NCBI GenBank assembly: GCA_046563655.1
Contig: CM102286.1
Coordinates: 13,578,001-13,642,000, forward strand
Source: Yuukianura sp. NJ FZ-2021
Taxonomy: Eukaryota
Reading direction: 5' to 3'
Length of the DNA stretch: 64,000 nucleotides
A program made the position numbers and the translations under genes. Every line of letters begins with the position of its first letter. Position 1 is the first letter of the stretch. Below the pieces are notes generated by a model, which was given only the letters and a program-made list of their open reading frames with translations, was not told where the DNA came from and made no database searches. This document shows, one piece after another, positions 23,993-36,719 of this stretch.

Positions 23993-24033
23993 AGGTCATT
24001 GACCTTTTTGACCTTGACTTTGACCTCTGACCT
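23993..24033. promoter_or_regulatory. Perfect IR1 (AGGTCA-T-TGACCT, EcR/USP-type element) followed by tandem TGACCT half-sites including a perfect DR1
   Basis: aggtcattgacctttttgaccttgactttgacctctgacct read directly; about 3.8 kb upstream of the Sidestep-like first coding exon. Confidence 0.6.
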
Positions 24034-27000
24034 TTTTACAGCTCTCAGAAAATTAATACCGAACACTTTTTTGCACTAAGGCAAAGATTAAAAATGGTTT
24101 TTGTAAATTTTCTGAAATTCTCCCTCCAAAAAATATTTGAATTTACAGTAAAAGGGAATTACTTCAATCCTTAGATTGTGCAATAGGTTAACTTTTAGGA
24201 TTAGTTTTTGATCAGATTAAGTGACTTAGGTTAGATTTTACGTTAGGTAAGTCGTTTGAACAAAAGTAATTATTTGGTCAAGCCATGCGTCATGGAACAA
24301 TAAAAGTGATGGGTTCAATGCCGCCAAATTTGTCATAAGTTCCAGCGGTTTCCAGTGCGGCTTAGGCCAAATACTTCCTCCTGTGACCTCAAACGACCTT
24401 CCAGATCCTGGCTCCAAAAGGCGGGCTTTTTCGAAAAGTCATTAGAACGCTATGATTCATGGAGCGTAAGCTGCGTTAAGCGATTCTTCACGGGACGAAA
24501 CGATTCCCGCAAAAGCGCTAACAATAGGCTGATTTTCAAACGTGTTTGGAATGCCTCAAATGCTCTAAATGGCCCAAACTTTGCAAAACTTCTGCAATGT
24601 ACAGAATAGTTTCTGCAGAGCCAAAACTTTCCACCTTTGACTTTCTAAACAGATTTCTCAAAATTTTGGGTCTTTAAGTCAAAGTTGTTCAAACGTTCCA
24701 AAATTTTGGAAAGGAAAGATAAAAGATTAATATCTGCCAATTTTAGAGTTTGTTCAAAAACTTTTCATGCCAAATGAGCATATCAGTGCTGTGTTAAGGG
24801 TTTCGAAATTTTGGAGCACACAAATCAACTTTCACCATTTCAAGTTTTCAAAATTTCCAAAATTCAAAACTAATATTTTCCAAACAGTTTTCACTGATTT
24901 CCCGAAAACTTAAAACGAATCAAGCTTCTACGCAGTACATTTTTACTTAGGTTTCATTTTTGTTTCAGTTTTGAAATTTTCGATTTTCAAAAATTGCGTT
25001 AGTGAAATTTACACAAATGCAGAGCTAAATGTAACTGCGAGCAAGAATTTTTTTTAGGTTTTGAATTTTTTGCTTTCTTTCGTCCATTTTCAGGCCTAAA
25101 ACCCTATTTTTTTGAAAATCGTTTATTTTGAAAAACTAGCACCATATCTTAATAGAAAATCTTCGTTTTTTGAGAAAAATAGATCAAGAGGTCGAAGTTG
25201 AATAAATTTGCGGATTGAAATGACCCCGTAGAGTGAAAAATTGACGTTTCAAAAGATATTACTTCCTAGTAAAAGTTCTTCGATCTTTTTTAGTCGCACA
25301 GTTTTTCTCCTTAATCTTTGCCAGCAGGAAATCGTGCATAAGAAATCGCTGGAAACTGTTCTAGGAAAAAGAGGTTCCAGCTTCTTTCCTTTTTTCAAAA
25401 GAAAAAGACGCAGCAACCTGCGTCTTTTCGCAGAAAAAAAAAGTTTTCTTAGATTTTTGTCCTAAGGAGTTCCTTTGCATCACCATCACTGTTCCAGCAG
25501 CTTCCAAAAACGTCGTTTTTCCGCCAGATTTTCCAGAAACTTAAGAACCGTGGTGGGCTTCCTTTCGAACGGTTTTTGGTTCTTCGAGAGAAAGCAAAGC
25601 AACGGTCCATGTCAACTGGCATTTGTCCAATTTCTTCTTTATTCCACAGTTTCTCCACTTGGATCCAGGAATTCTATAAATTACATTTTACTCAAATGCA
25701 TTCCATCCAATTTGACCTCCAACTACATCTCAAGTTATTCACTTTTCTTATTTTGGAGGTAACATGCTTGTCATCACGTCATAAAATATCGTAGAAACTG
25801 TTTTTTCTAAATTCTGTTTTTCTCAAAATTTTGAAACACTTAAAAAGTAGTAGCGTGGCTTGTAAAAATAGAATTTGAAACCAAAATCATCCCATCATCT
25901 ATCAACAAAAGCGTAATTTTGTTGTTTTAGTCTTCACTCCTTTTTTTTTACTCCATTTTCTTTAAATAAGCTACTTCATTTTTTGAAACTGAAAACAAAG
26001 TTTTTTTTACAGTGCTGAAATACAGAGAGGTGTCAAAATGTCAAATTTTTGCATTCACACTCGTTTTTGTTTAGAAAAAAACGATTGCTACTTTTATTTC
26101 AAATTTTTTACTTTTTGAAAAAAAATATGTTGGTTTAGTTGTACCCGGTTTTGAATTTCAACACTTTCAATTTTCAATTTAATCAACTTTCGGTAAACAC
26201 AAAATGAGATTTTTGAATGAAAATGTAACAGAAAACCTTTTGTGCAACATATTTAATTTTTTTGTGATAAAATCAAAAAATTGACAAAGTTGCAAAAAGT
26301 TGCGTGGGATGATTGGCTCTGCCTTTGGCCCATTTTGTTCCAACTTTTGGTGGACTAGTGTCCTTCATTCAACTTGTTCTAGAAAACCGCACAAAGTCTT
26401 GAACTTTTTTTTAGTTTGTTGAGGGTGGGTGGAGACACCTTCATAAACCACTTTTTGAGTTTTCCAAAGACTGGTAGTAGACCTCTGTCAAATTCTTTGG
26501 AGGAACGAAGAAAACCGTGAAAAGTGCACCGTGCCCGCCGCAGAAACGTAAAGTAGAACTTTCGAATTTGAGCAGAGTAGAGAGAAAGGCTATAAGAAGA
26601 GAAAGCACCGGAGAAAGTTCAGTCAGTAGTAAATTCAACTCACAGTCAGAACTCCCAAATTTCAAACTTTCCCAAAAATTCAAAGTTCAAACAAAATTCT
26701 TCTCAAATTTTGGTTGACTACTGTTCACACACCAAAAAACTTCTGTTACCTTTGACCTCATTTCAAATTTTTTTCTCTTTTTGAAAAAAAGTGAAGTTCA
26801 GTTTTTTGAGAAATGCCAAGGGAAAGAAAATTAGAGAAAGTGTTCAGTGTCTAAGTTTTTTTCTTACTTCTGCTGCGTTAGTGAAAACTTTTCTCGTGAT
26901 CAGTCTATTCCTTACTATTTTTTTCTCCTGGTGCCCAGAAGCACTCATCTAAATTAACCAAGAAAGTGATAAAGTCAATCTAGGTCAAAGGTCAAACACT

Positions 27001-27825
27001 CTTCAATTCATTCAAACTGTGGTGCAACATTAGGTTAGAACGGTGTTTCAAAATTTTGAACAAATTTGGAAAATTTTGAAAAATCACCTTTACATTTCAG
27101 GTTTTCTTGTGAGGGTGTCGAAGTTAGACAAAAGGTAAAAAGTTTTGGTTTTTTCAATTCATGAAATGCTGGTGGTTGCGTAGAAGTAAAAAAAGTCTTT
27201 TTGAACACTTTTTTTCTAACTTTTTGAAAATGGAACAAACTTTAATCAGACACGGTGGAAAGAGAAAGTTTTCTGAGAGTTGAAAAAAAAGTTTTATAAG
27301 TTCCTTTGAACCACTCTTGTTTGGATCAAACAGAGAAGCCAATTTAAAAGCAATGCTTTCCAAAAAAAAATTGTGTGAACTTTTTGCAATCTCTTTTTGA
27401 AAACAAAATTTTTGTGTTCCTTTTTCAAATTATTGACGCATAAAATTAAAAATCAAAACCAAAATTCTTTGATTCTCCCCAAATCGAAATTTTTGACCCG
27501 CAGTAACAAGAAATTTATTCTAACCAGAAAAAATACCACAAATAGCATTTTTACAACATTTTTGGACCACAAAGTTAATGTTCAAAATTTTGCAACTTTT
27601 TTTTTGGCTTTTCTTGCAGTGAAATTCAAAAGTGAAAGTGCTAAAACCTGTTCACGTTCATCACTCATTTCTTTTTTGGTGGTGATGATGATGGACTGCT
27701 TCGCCTGTTGATTGCCGTTTCAAATTGAAAGTGAAATTTGATCAACAGTTTTTAATTATACAGAAATTTGATCAACAGGATTTTTTTTCAAAAAGTTGAA
27801 GAAATAAATTCTATAAAAGTTCAAA

Positions 27826-27964
27826 ATGGGTTGTGCAGCTAAGACAGCCATATTCCATTTGGTCATGTTTCTTCTAAGCTCTCAGAGGATCCAAGTGGAG
27901 TCCAAGCCTGATGGACTTCTGGACCAAGACTTCTTTGTCAACGAAATTGAAGAGGACATTCACT
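27826..27964 (+). CDS. Probable signal-peptide first coding exon of the Sidestep-like gene
   Basis: caaaATG context; MGCAAKTAIFHLVMFLLSSQRIQVESKPDGLLDQDFFVNEIEEDIH. It ends in a phase-1 donor T|gtgagt compatible with the phase-1 acceptor at 48492 (intron of ~20.5 kb). Confidence 0.7.
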
Positions 27965-30900
27965 GTGAGTAATCACACACATTAACTTAATGTTACATTT
28001 AATACCGTAAACCATCAATTTACTACCTAGCTCCTAATCCTCTCGAAATTACTACCGTAAAACATCTTCTTGATAAACTGGCTCAAATCAGAAAAAAAAA
28101 CTGGCTTTTGTTTCAAGAATTGACAATAAATTGGAAAAGTTGACAATAATTCAAAAAGTGCAAAAAAAGCTTTAAGGATTCAGCAAAATACAAATAGTCC
28201 AAAAATTTAAAAAAAATTTTAGTTTTTTTTCAAAAAAAAATTTAAGAAATGTGTTTATGGCTTTATAAAATATTGCACCAAACATTGTCAAACTGGTTCC
28301 ACTTTCTCCTACACAAACAGAAAATCCAACCGAAAAGTGTTTGGGAATTTTGAAATTTTGAAAATTGGAGACCAATTATGAAATGCTGGCTAAAAAGTTA
28401 ACAGGTTCAGTCCAGTTGAGTGTGGCTGGAATTGGTTTTTGGGCGTGGTAGGGTGGTGAATGTTGTATTCCAGGTTCAAAATTTCGAAAAGCTGTTTCCA
28501 AAATTTTCCTTTTGTACATAGAAGTTTAGAACAGTAGCGAAGCGAGGACATACTTCGTAATCATTTTATCAATACTTCAAACAAAACTTTTCCAGTCGTC
28601 TCATTATGTATTCTTGACAAGATTTGAGAGAATCACTAATTGATTCATGAGGAAAAGTCTTTCGGTTGTGGTTTGGACTCCAGCACTAGAAGCTGGAAAC
28701 TTTCAAAAAAAAACTTCTTTTTAAAGAACAACTTCCAGCTTAGCTGCTTTGGAATTCCAGTAATGACGGATTTGGCTAAAACGATTATGTAACTCACGTC
28801 CTCAGAGACACTCTAACTTAAAAGCGTCATGTCTCACTTACAGTCTTCATTGTAGTGCTTTACATTACAGAAATGACGCTACTTAAGTAGCGAAAGTGAC
28901 TTGGTTGAAGTCAAGGCGGGAAAACGTTATGATGTTATGGCTCTTGGCGAATAGTACGCCAGCACAGGTCATTTCCCATTACAGAAATTTTGAGCCACTT
29001 TCTAATGGGTACTGTCAGGTGATAATAAAGTCTCCAGCGGCAACTTACATTTTCCCGCCCTCCAATTTCTGAAACTGTTCTCCAAAATTTTGAAATTTCG
29101 CGGGCTCTAAAATTTTCGAATTCCGGAATGATTATTACTTTCACTCTGGTCGAACTTACTCTTCGACTCTTCTGGCACTAATGGACTAATAGACCACATC
29201 TGACTCTCTTTCAACCTGAAAACCCGTAGTGGGTACATCACCCTATTTTCTGCCGTACTTCAACCGACGGGGGACCCGGCAGAGACAATTTACCATTTTT
29301 ATGGTCAATATATTACGGTTCTTATGACCTTTTCCTACTTACTCCACCTTTTCAAGTGAAACTAAAAGTTTTGTGGATTTTGAAAATCGGTTTTTTAAAA
29401 AACGTTCCAGAGAATTATTGAGACCATTCCAGTAGATTAATCGTGACAGGAGAAGTCAATTGACAGAATCAATTAGGCATAGGGAAGTGAACAGTGAAGA
29501 GATTTAGGTTGAAGAATTGCCTAACCTAATGCCTTTCCCTAACCTAATGCCTCCTAGCCTAACTTTAGCCTAACCGAATGGTTCTAGCCTTGAGTGTAAC
29601 CTAACCTAAGGAGCTTATTAGTCATGACGTAATGTGAATTTAATTGGAGTGAGAATGGAGGCAGCTGGAGTAGATTGAGGGACACTTCTGATGTCGTCGG
29701 ATTCAGAGGAATAGTGAGACCCTGTACTGCCGTGGTGACAGAGTTGGTGAAAACGGAGGCCTGAAATGAATGGATGTGCTGCCACTTTCTCCGCCTTCCC
29801 GCCCGTGTTTAATTTGGGTGGAAGTGAAAGGAATGCTGGCGTCCAGATGAGTAGGTAGAGGAGATAATGAGAAAGACAAAGATGAAGAGAGCATAGAACT
29901 AATAGTGGAGCTGGGAGGGAATGCGGTGGCTTCCAGTGCTTTATAATCTCGACTATTTACGATACGACTCCCCTTGGCACTGGAGAAAGTTCACACAAAG
30001 TTCCACACATAGACTCACTTCAATTACACGGAAGCAGTCAGAAGAAGAGACTCTGTGGGTGCCCATATTTGGAAGAAGACAGTATAGTTCAAGTCTTGGT
30101 TGCTCAAAATACCGACAACAAAACTGTCGAAACCGAAAAGCGCCGAAACTGACTATATTTCAGACACAAAGGAAAATTTTTCAACTTAATTTAAATCGAA
30201 GAGAAAGTTAACTTTGAAATTTTGTGTCAAAAAAGTTCCATTTTTTTGACAGCTGCGCACCGCTTTAATTTTGTTTGGTTTAGAAATAGAAAATAATTTG
30301 TTTAGTTTAAAAAAGAATATAGTTTTTTTTACATTGTTTTCGTTTTTCACTTTTTGAAAAGGTTTATGGCAAATTCGGCAAATTATACCATTCAAAAATT
30401 CTGGACAACAAAAAAGCTTAAATTCTCAGTTTGGTTGTGGCATTTAGGTTGTCCGTATTTAGTTTTCTCTGAAATTGTTGTCGATGTTTTGATCTGTCCA
30501 CTGAAAACCCTGTACCAGGATGCATGTTGTTTTGGTGTAAGTGTCACTTGGATGTTTTCTGTACTTTCACACTTTGTCCATTAGAAGTTTCCCATGGCGA
30601 CTTCTCAGACTGCTAGGATTAATACTTGGGCATCAATCTTGGCGCGTCAGGGCAGAAGGGCAAGGAGCCACAAGAATTCAGGAATCAGGTTGAGCCACCA
30701 ACTTTTTCAAAAGACGCTCCACCAAAACCTTAAGGCGTCTGCGCACTTTAATGGTTTTCGTCATGTTGTAACTTCTGCAACTCTACACTAACTTGTGCAA
30801 CAAAATACGATAATAAGGCGTATCCAATGGCCTCTTTTTCTTTCTCTCCTCTTAGAACTTGGGATGTAGCAGCTAAAAGTTGGGATCTCGCTAGAATCTG

Positions 30901-32564
30901 AAATCTAGTGTCTGGATCTAGCGGAAGACGATAGTAATAAAGGGCTTGCCATTAGCAGATCAAATGGCAAAGTACATTACGTTTACGCTTCCTAGGATTC
31001 CCTCAAGAGCTGATACTGTACTACTAGATGATCTTACACCTACAACCACACGAGTAAAACAGAACTTGTTTTCTCCAACGTTGTTGTTATAACACACGTC
31101 CATTTTAAGCCTAACCTTTGACCTCGTCTCGAAGGGCCCGTTACTCTAAATACGCTTTGGACGCAGTAAAAGTCACCGCAAATGGCGTCCATGGTATTAT
31201 GGTCATGAGAACCTCGCATCAACGACAACGTTACTTTTCTGGAAATCATTTAATTTCAGTTTCTGAATCATTCAAGAATTGTACTTTGTCTATTTTTACA
31301 AGGCACTTTTGTTTTTGTCGTTTTCTAGCATCCATTACAACGCTTATGGAAAAACTCAGTTTCGCAAAAATACTTTCCTCCATTAGGTTTGTACAGAAAA
31401 TTATAAAAATTGATCACTTTTAAGTTAACATTTTATATTAGGCGACTGAAATTTTTTGAAAAATGGCCTGACAAAAATAGACAAAAATCTAAATTGTACA
31501 CAACTCTTTTCGCTTTAAATTGATTTTTTTACCCGATAAAAATTTGGTTCGTAGTTGTTTTTTCAACGTGGATTTAGTTATGCAAAAAGACAAAAGATCG
31601 AAAAACAAACGGAAATTTAAAAAAAGAGATAATTTACGCATGAAATTGTCAATGTTCCAATACCTGCCACGAGGAACGGTTATGGATCTGCTTGTCAAAA
31701 TGTTCGTTTTTTGAAAATGATAAAAATCTGAATGGAAATTGGAAAATATAGTCAGAGGTCACCCGACTACGCGTTGAAAATGTTTTTCTATCTGTTTACT
31801 TCTGAACACAATTGAGTTCAGGGAGTATCAAATGGAATCGATTGGATATTAGTTTATTCATGTATTAATTTAAGGAAAAACGCCACTTCTAGTCACCGTA
31901 ACGTGATGGAGCACTCATGTGCGCTCAATTTTGGATGTTGTACGATTGCCCTTGATTAGGTTCTGTGCGTCCATTAGAGTAAACGTCCATCAGTAACTCT
32001 CCAGAAGTGTCCAGGACACTCTTCTATGTTAGTTTCGACACATGCTGTTGATCAACATCATTTTGTCATAAATTGGATTTTGTAGTAGTATGGCCTATTG
32101 ATCACTTTGATCGACAGTCCCATTGTTTTTTTAGGCTGGTGTTTTTCTTAAGTGGGAGGAAAAGTGACCTGGAAGGACGTTTGAAGTTGATAGAAATTGA
32201 CCTAAATGACATTGGAATTGGATTACACTTTTCTAAAATGACAAGAAAACAATTGTCGACGTGTCCTTCTCTTTTGAAAAATAAATTGGAGGGCTTTTAC
32301 TTTTTAATGTTTGTGTGGGTGAAAGAAATATCGGAAGACGGAGGGTGAAAGTACAAAAAACAAATGAAAATTTGATTTTTTTCAAAAAATAATTGCAGTA
32401 AGTGGTGTACTTTTCTTCTAGTTGCTAATGTTTGTGTAGGTGAAATTAAATATGAGAAGGCGGTAGGTGAAAACGCAAAAAAAAACAACAAACAAACAAA
32501 GAAACAAAAATTAAAGTTAGATTTTTTTAAACCGGAGTAAAACATGAAAAGGGATGAAGTATCC

Positions 32565-32812
32565 CAAGGTTCCTTACAACGAAGAGTTAATTTTTTTAAC
32601 AGGTTGGGTGCTACCTCACTTGTTAATGAAACAAAGAAAAAAAAAGAAAAAGTAGTACCAATCGGAAAAATTATACTACCAATTCGTATGCAAAATTAAA
32701 AACCTGGCTATTATGATTATGATGCACTGAAATGAAAAGACACTTTTTTTGCAGAACAAAAAAACATAGGTATTACACAACTCGTTAAAAAATCACAAAT
32801 CAACAAACCTTG
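32565..32812. mobile_element. MITE family A, copy 2, 248 bp
   Basis: Ends CAAGGTT...AACCTTG with direct repeat AAGTATCC at 32557-32564 and 32813-32820; internal homology to copies 1 and 3. Confidence 0.9.
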
Positions 32813-35800
32813 AAGTATCCTTTGGTTTATTACTGCATATTGTTTTTGTTGGTGAGAGTTTAGCATACAGAAATGAGCTTAGTGAAAGCACAGGAGTAAA
32901 AAAAATGAAAAGTTCAATTTTTTTCTTCAAAAGTGAAAAGCGGTGAAGTAGTTTTTTGGCTGGTTTTTAACATTTTCTGGCCGATTGGTTTCTAGAGTGT
33001 GGGCAGAGAGTGAAAATGATTTTGAAATTGAGAGCTCTCGGTCCGTCATACATTTTTTGAGTTGAAGTGTACAAAAAAATGAAGCGTTCTGGCCAACATT
33101 TTTATACTGCACATTTCAGTTGACATTTTTTTTTGCTTTTTCTACAAAGTGTCTTTCCTACACCAACCAAAAGAATTATTACCCACTTTCATTTTTGAGG
33201 GAAACCCAAGGGAGAGAAATGGAGAAGATCATGAGTAGAACAAAAAAGAAAGTTTCTGCAGAATCCGACTTTAAAAAAAAGTTTTCAAAAATTCAAAATT
33301 TTCATTCTTCATACTTTCCAGTATGAACCCACACAATTTCTTGGTTTCAAAATTACTTTCCGTGGTTTTTAGAAAAGCTGAAAACTTTTGTAGAAAAAAA
33401 TCCTTGGTCAAAATCAAATGTTTTTGCCATAAACCTTTTTCCTCTAAAATTTTAGTAGTAACGAGTCATAAAACAACTAAAAAGCTATTCATCATTCAAT
33501 TAAAAGCTTTGCTTTTGGCGGAAAATTTACAACCTAAACTTTTTTTTCCAAATTCTATAAAAAGTTTTTGAATTTGAATCTTAAAAAATTTCTCACGAGT
33601 GTTTCTGACACTTTTTCAAATTTCTCAACTTCAGACAGAAATCATTCATACGGAATGCAAAATCTGTTATGTTTTCCGGTGTCCTCGAATTGAATTGATT
33701 TTTTTTTTCGAAAAATGTATAAAATTTTAAGAATGCGCTTTGTTGATGGTTACAATTGCTTTGAACAGAGACAGAGGAGCACCAACAACAAGGAAATCGT
33801 ATAATATTGTATCCGCTTCATTGAGTTTACCTCTATGTTATGCAAAAAGAACAAAAAAGTGAACACGGACATTCACTTTTTCCATTTCAACAAAAATCTT
33901 CTGTTCAAGCCACACATTTTTCCCATTCCTCGCGGCAAGATGCTTTCTTTGTCACTTTCACTTTATACTATTTGAATGTAGGCTCGCGTACATAAAAGTG
34001 GAACGTAAAAAATAGGAAATGTGCCAATATTACATCAAAAATACTTTTCAAAACTTCAATAAAAATTTGGAAAAAAGTAGCAGCAGTCTTCCTTCCCATA
34101 ATCGCATCACAATACCATTCAACGCACGTTTGCCAAAAAATATGTAAGTTTGGAAACTAAAAAATTGAAATTTTGTATGTATTGAATTTGGAACACAGCG
34201 AGTCTTGTTTCTTCTTCTTCGCGCCAAAAATTTTCTATGAGCAATATATTTTGTGTTATGTGCAGAACAAAAGTTTTTAAAAAATGGCGAGACGGAAGAT
34301 GAATTTCTTGAATCAATTGATGCGAACTTTTTTCAAGTAAAAAGTGGTGCATTTTCTACTTTTTGCAAAAGAAAAAAAGAATAGAGGCAAAAGTGTTTGC
34401 AGGAAAATGAAGAATTGCCTTCAATCGTTCAATAAAAAAAGAGGGAAAAAGTTTGATGATAGTTTATGAGCGGAGCTGCTTTCTCTTTTCAATATATTTT
34501 GACGAAAGCATTCATTCGGCAGCACGGTTGGATTTAATAAAAAATGAGAAGAAAAAAATTTCCCGCATTTTTTTTTTGAAAAAAATAGAGAGGTCTAAAG
34601 CTATAGTGGTTTGATGTGTCTCAATTCTTACCAACGGCACGTTCGTCTTCTTTCCTCTTTCAACTTTTTTTTGATTGTCTCTGGAGAAAGTAAGAGCAAA
34701 ATTTTTTGAGAGCGTATAAAAATCTTCCAGAAGTGAAAATTTTTCTCTCTTCCCAAGCACTGCGAAAAAACAGAAAACAAGATTTTGAAAGTAAATAGAT
34801 TTTTCATCATCAAGGAACTTCCTTATGGCCTCATTTTTTTCTTCCTTCTGGGTATATTTTGCACATGAGAAAACTAAATAGGTTTACAACCGTCAAGAAA
34901 AACAACAATTTTTGGCAAATTGAATTTTTTGGGCGTAATTTTTTTTCGCTTTTCTGTTTCAAAATTATGTTTGCTTGTTATCTAATTCCAAGGTTCCTAA
35001 ATCCAATTTAAATTTGTGGAAAATTTAAAAAAATGTTTTCGCGGAAAGATGAAAAACTCTAATCAAATTTACAGTTTATCTGAAAGCCATTTTTTGAAAA
35101 CGGAAAGTTGCAAAAATTAAAAACTGTCTTTTTGAAAAATACAGTGTTTTTAAAAAAATAAAAGCAGCAATTATGTAGGTTGTTTTTCTTCTTGTAATTT
35201 TAACTTAACTTTCCACACTTAAGCTGCACCCAAAAAGTGGGCTGTTTTCGCTTTTCATTTTTTCAAAAAAAAAAATAGAAAAGTGAGGGAGTTGAGTCAG
35301 TCTAGCTCAACTCATTAAATTTTAATGTTTTCATTTCATTTTTTAGGAAAACATGGTGACGGATGAAATGAGAACAAAACACTTGAATATGCTTTCATTT
35401 TCAAAATTTTGATCCTCCTTTCCAGATTAAAGTGACAGTCGAGTGCTTAACTTTGTTTTCGGTTCAGATTAGGTTAGTAAAACTTTGTGTTTCGGAACAA
35501 GAACTTTGTGGTCAAGCCGAGCAAGGTCCAAGCAGACTCCGGCCTAATTCAAATTCAAAACACGGTTTATGTGGCTCGGTTGCATTTCAGTTTTGGGAGA
35601 TGTTGGGTTAGTTAGGTTATCGAATCCGAAACGGATCGATTGGGCAGTGGAACGCTTGGATTTGCTTTCTTTATGCCTTAAGAATTCCAATAATTCCTGC
35701 ACAGAAAGTTCCATTCCATACAACAACTCGAGCTATGATCGTGTCCAGAAAATAGGTTTGATGAAAGCAGAAAATGAAAAAGAGTGGCGTGAGATTATGA

Positions 35801-36522
35801 AAAATTGCTTTGGAATTGGAACAGAAAACAATCGTTAGCGCAATAAATTTCATATTGCGTTTACAAAGGAGGAATTTTGGCAAAATCGGTTAGACTTTCT
35901 TGGTGGAGTAAAAGTAATTGAAATGGTTTCCAAATTTAATCATAAAGGATTTAATGACATACTTGAGACAACGCCTTTCATTAACTTCGGTTTGTTCAAA
36001 CAAGCTATCAAACTTGTCAATAACTTTTTGCAAAGCTAAGGAAGTGCTTTCGTAAGTAAGCAATAATTTTTTTGATGGGCAATTACAGAAGTAAATTCAA
36101 AGGTTAAACAAACTGTTCAGTTTGTGAATGTCAGAAGGATTTTGTTTTTGTTTTCGCTTTTTTGAAATCCGATTTCAAACCAAACCTCTTTCCTACAACA
36201 GCTTATAATTTTGGCAGAGCCAAATTTCTCTAAAGTGAAAAAATTTAAACTCCAGCTTTATGATTACCTAATCAATACAATAATCCATTTTAACTAGGCG
36301 TTACTTCATGTAAGAGGTCACAAATATCGTAGACGTATAATTAAATAAGTGAGAATTGTGTAAAAACTAAATCAGCATTGAAGTGAGTTAAATTACTTAA
36401 GCAGCCCAATAATTATTTTGAAACTCGCATTAATTTCAACACTTGCAACATCGACAGTTTCCGAAAAACTATAAATTGAATGACTTGATTATTCCCGCCT
36501 TAATTTTTGGTTGACTTATAAG

Positions 36523-36719
36523 CAGGGATGTCGAAAATATTTAGCTTCATGCCGGTCATGTTAATAAAAAAAAAGTAATTTGCTCTTTTTTGTTACTCAA
36601 GTATTTATTTAGTTGCCCATGCGATTAATGTTAAATAGGAAAATATTTGGGCCATTTTTTGAGTAAATATTTTTTTGTCAATATTTCCGGGTTTTCTGCA
36701 CATATTTTTGACAACCCTG
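36523..36719. mobile_element. hAT-type MITE, 197 bp
   Basis: 18-bp TIRs CAGGGATGTCGAAAATAT / ATATTTTTGACAACCCTG (16 of 18 match) and 8-bp TSD CTTATAAG at 36515-36522 and 36720-36727. Confidence 0.85.
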
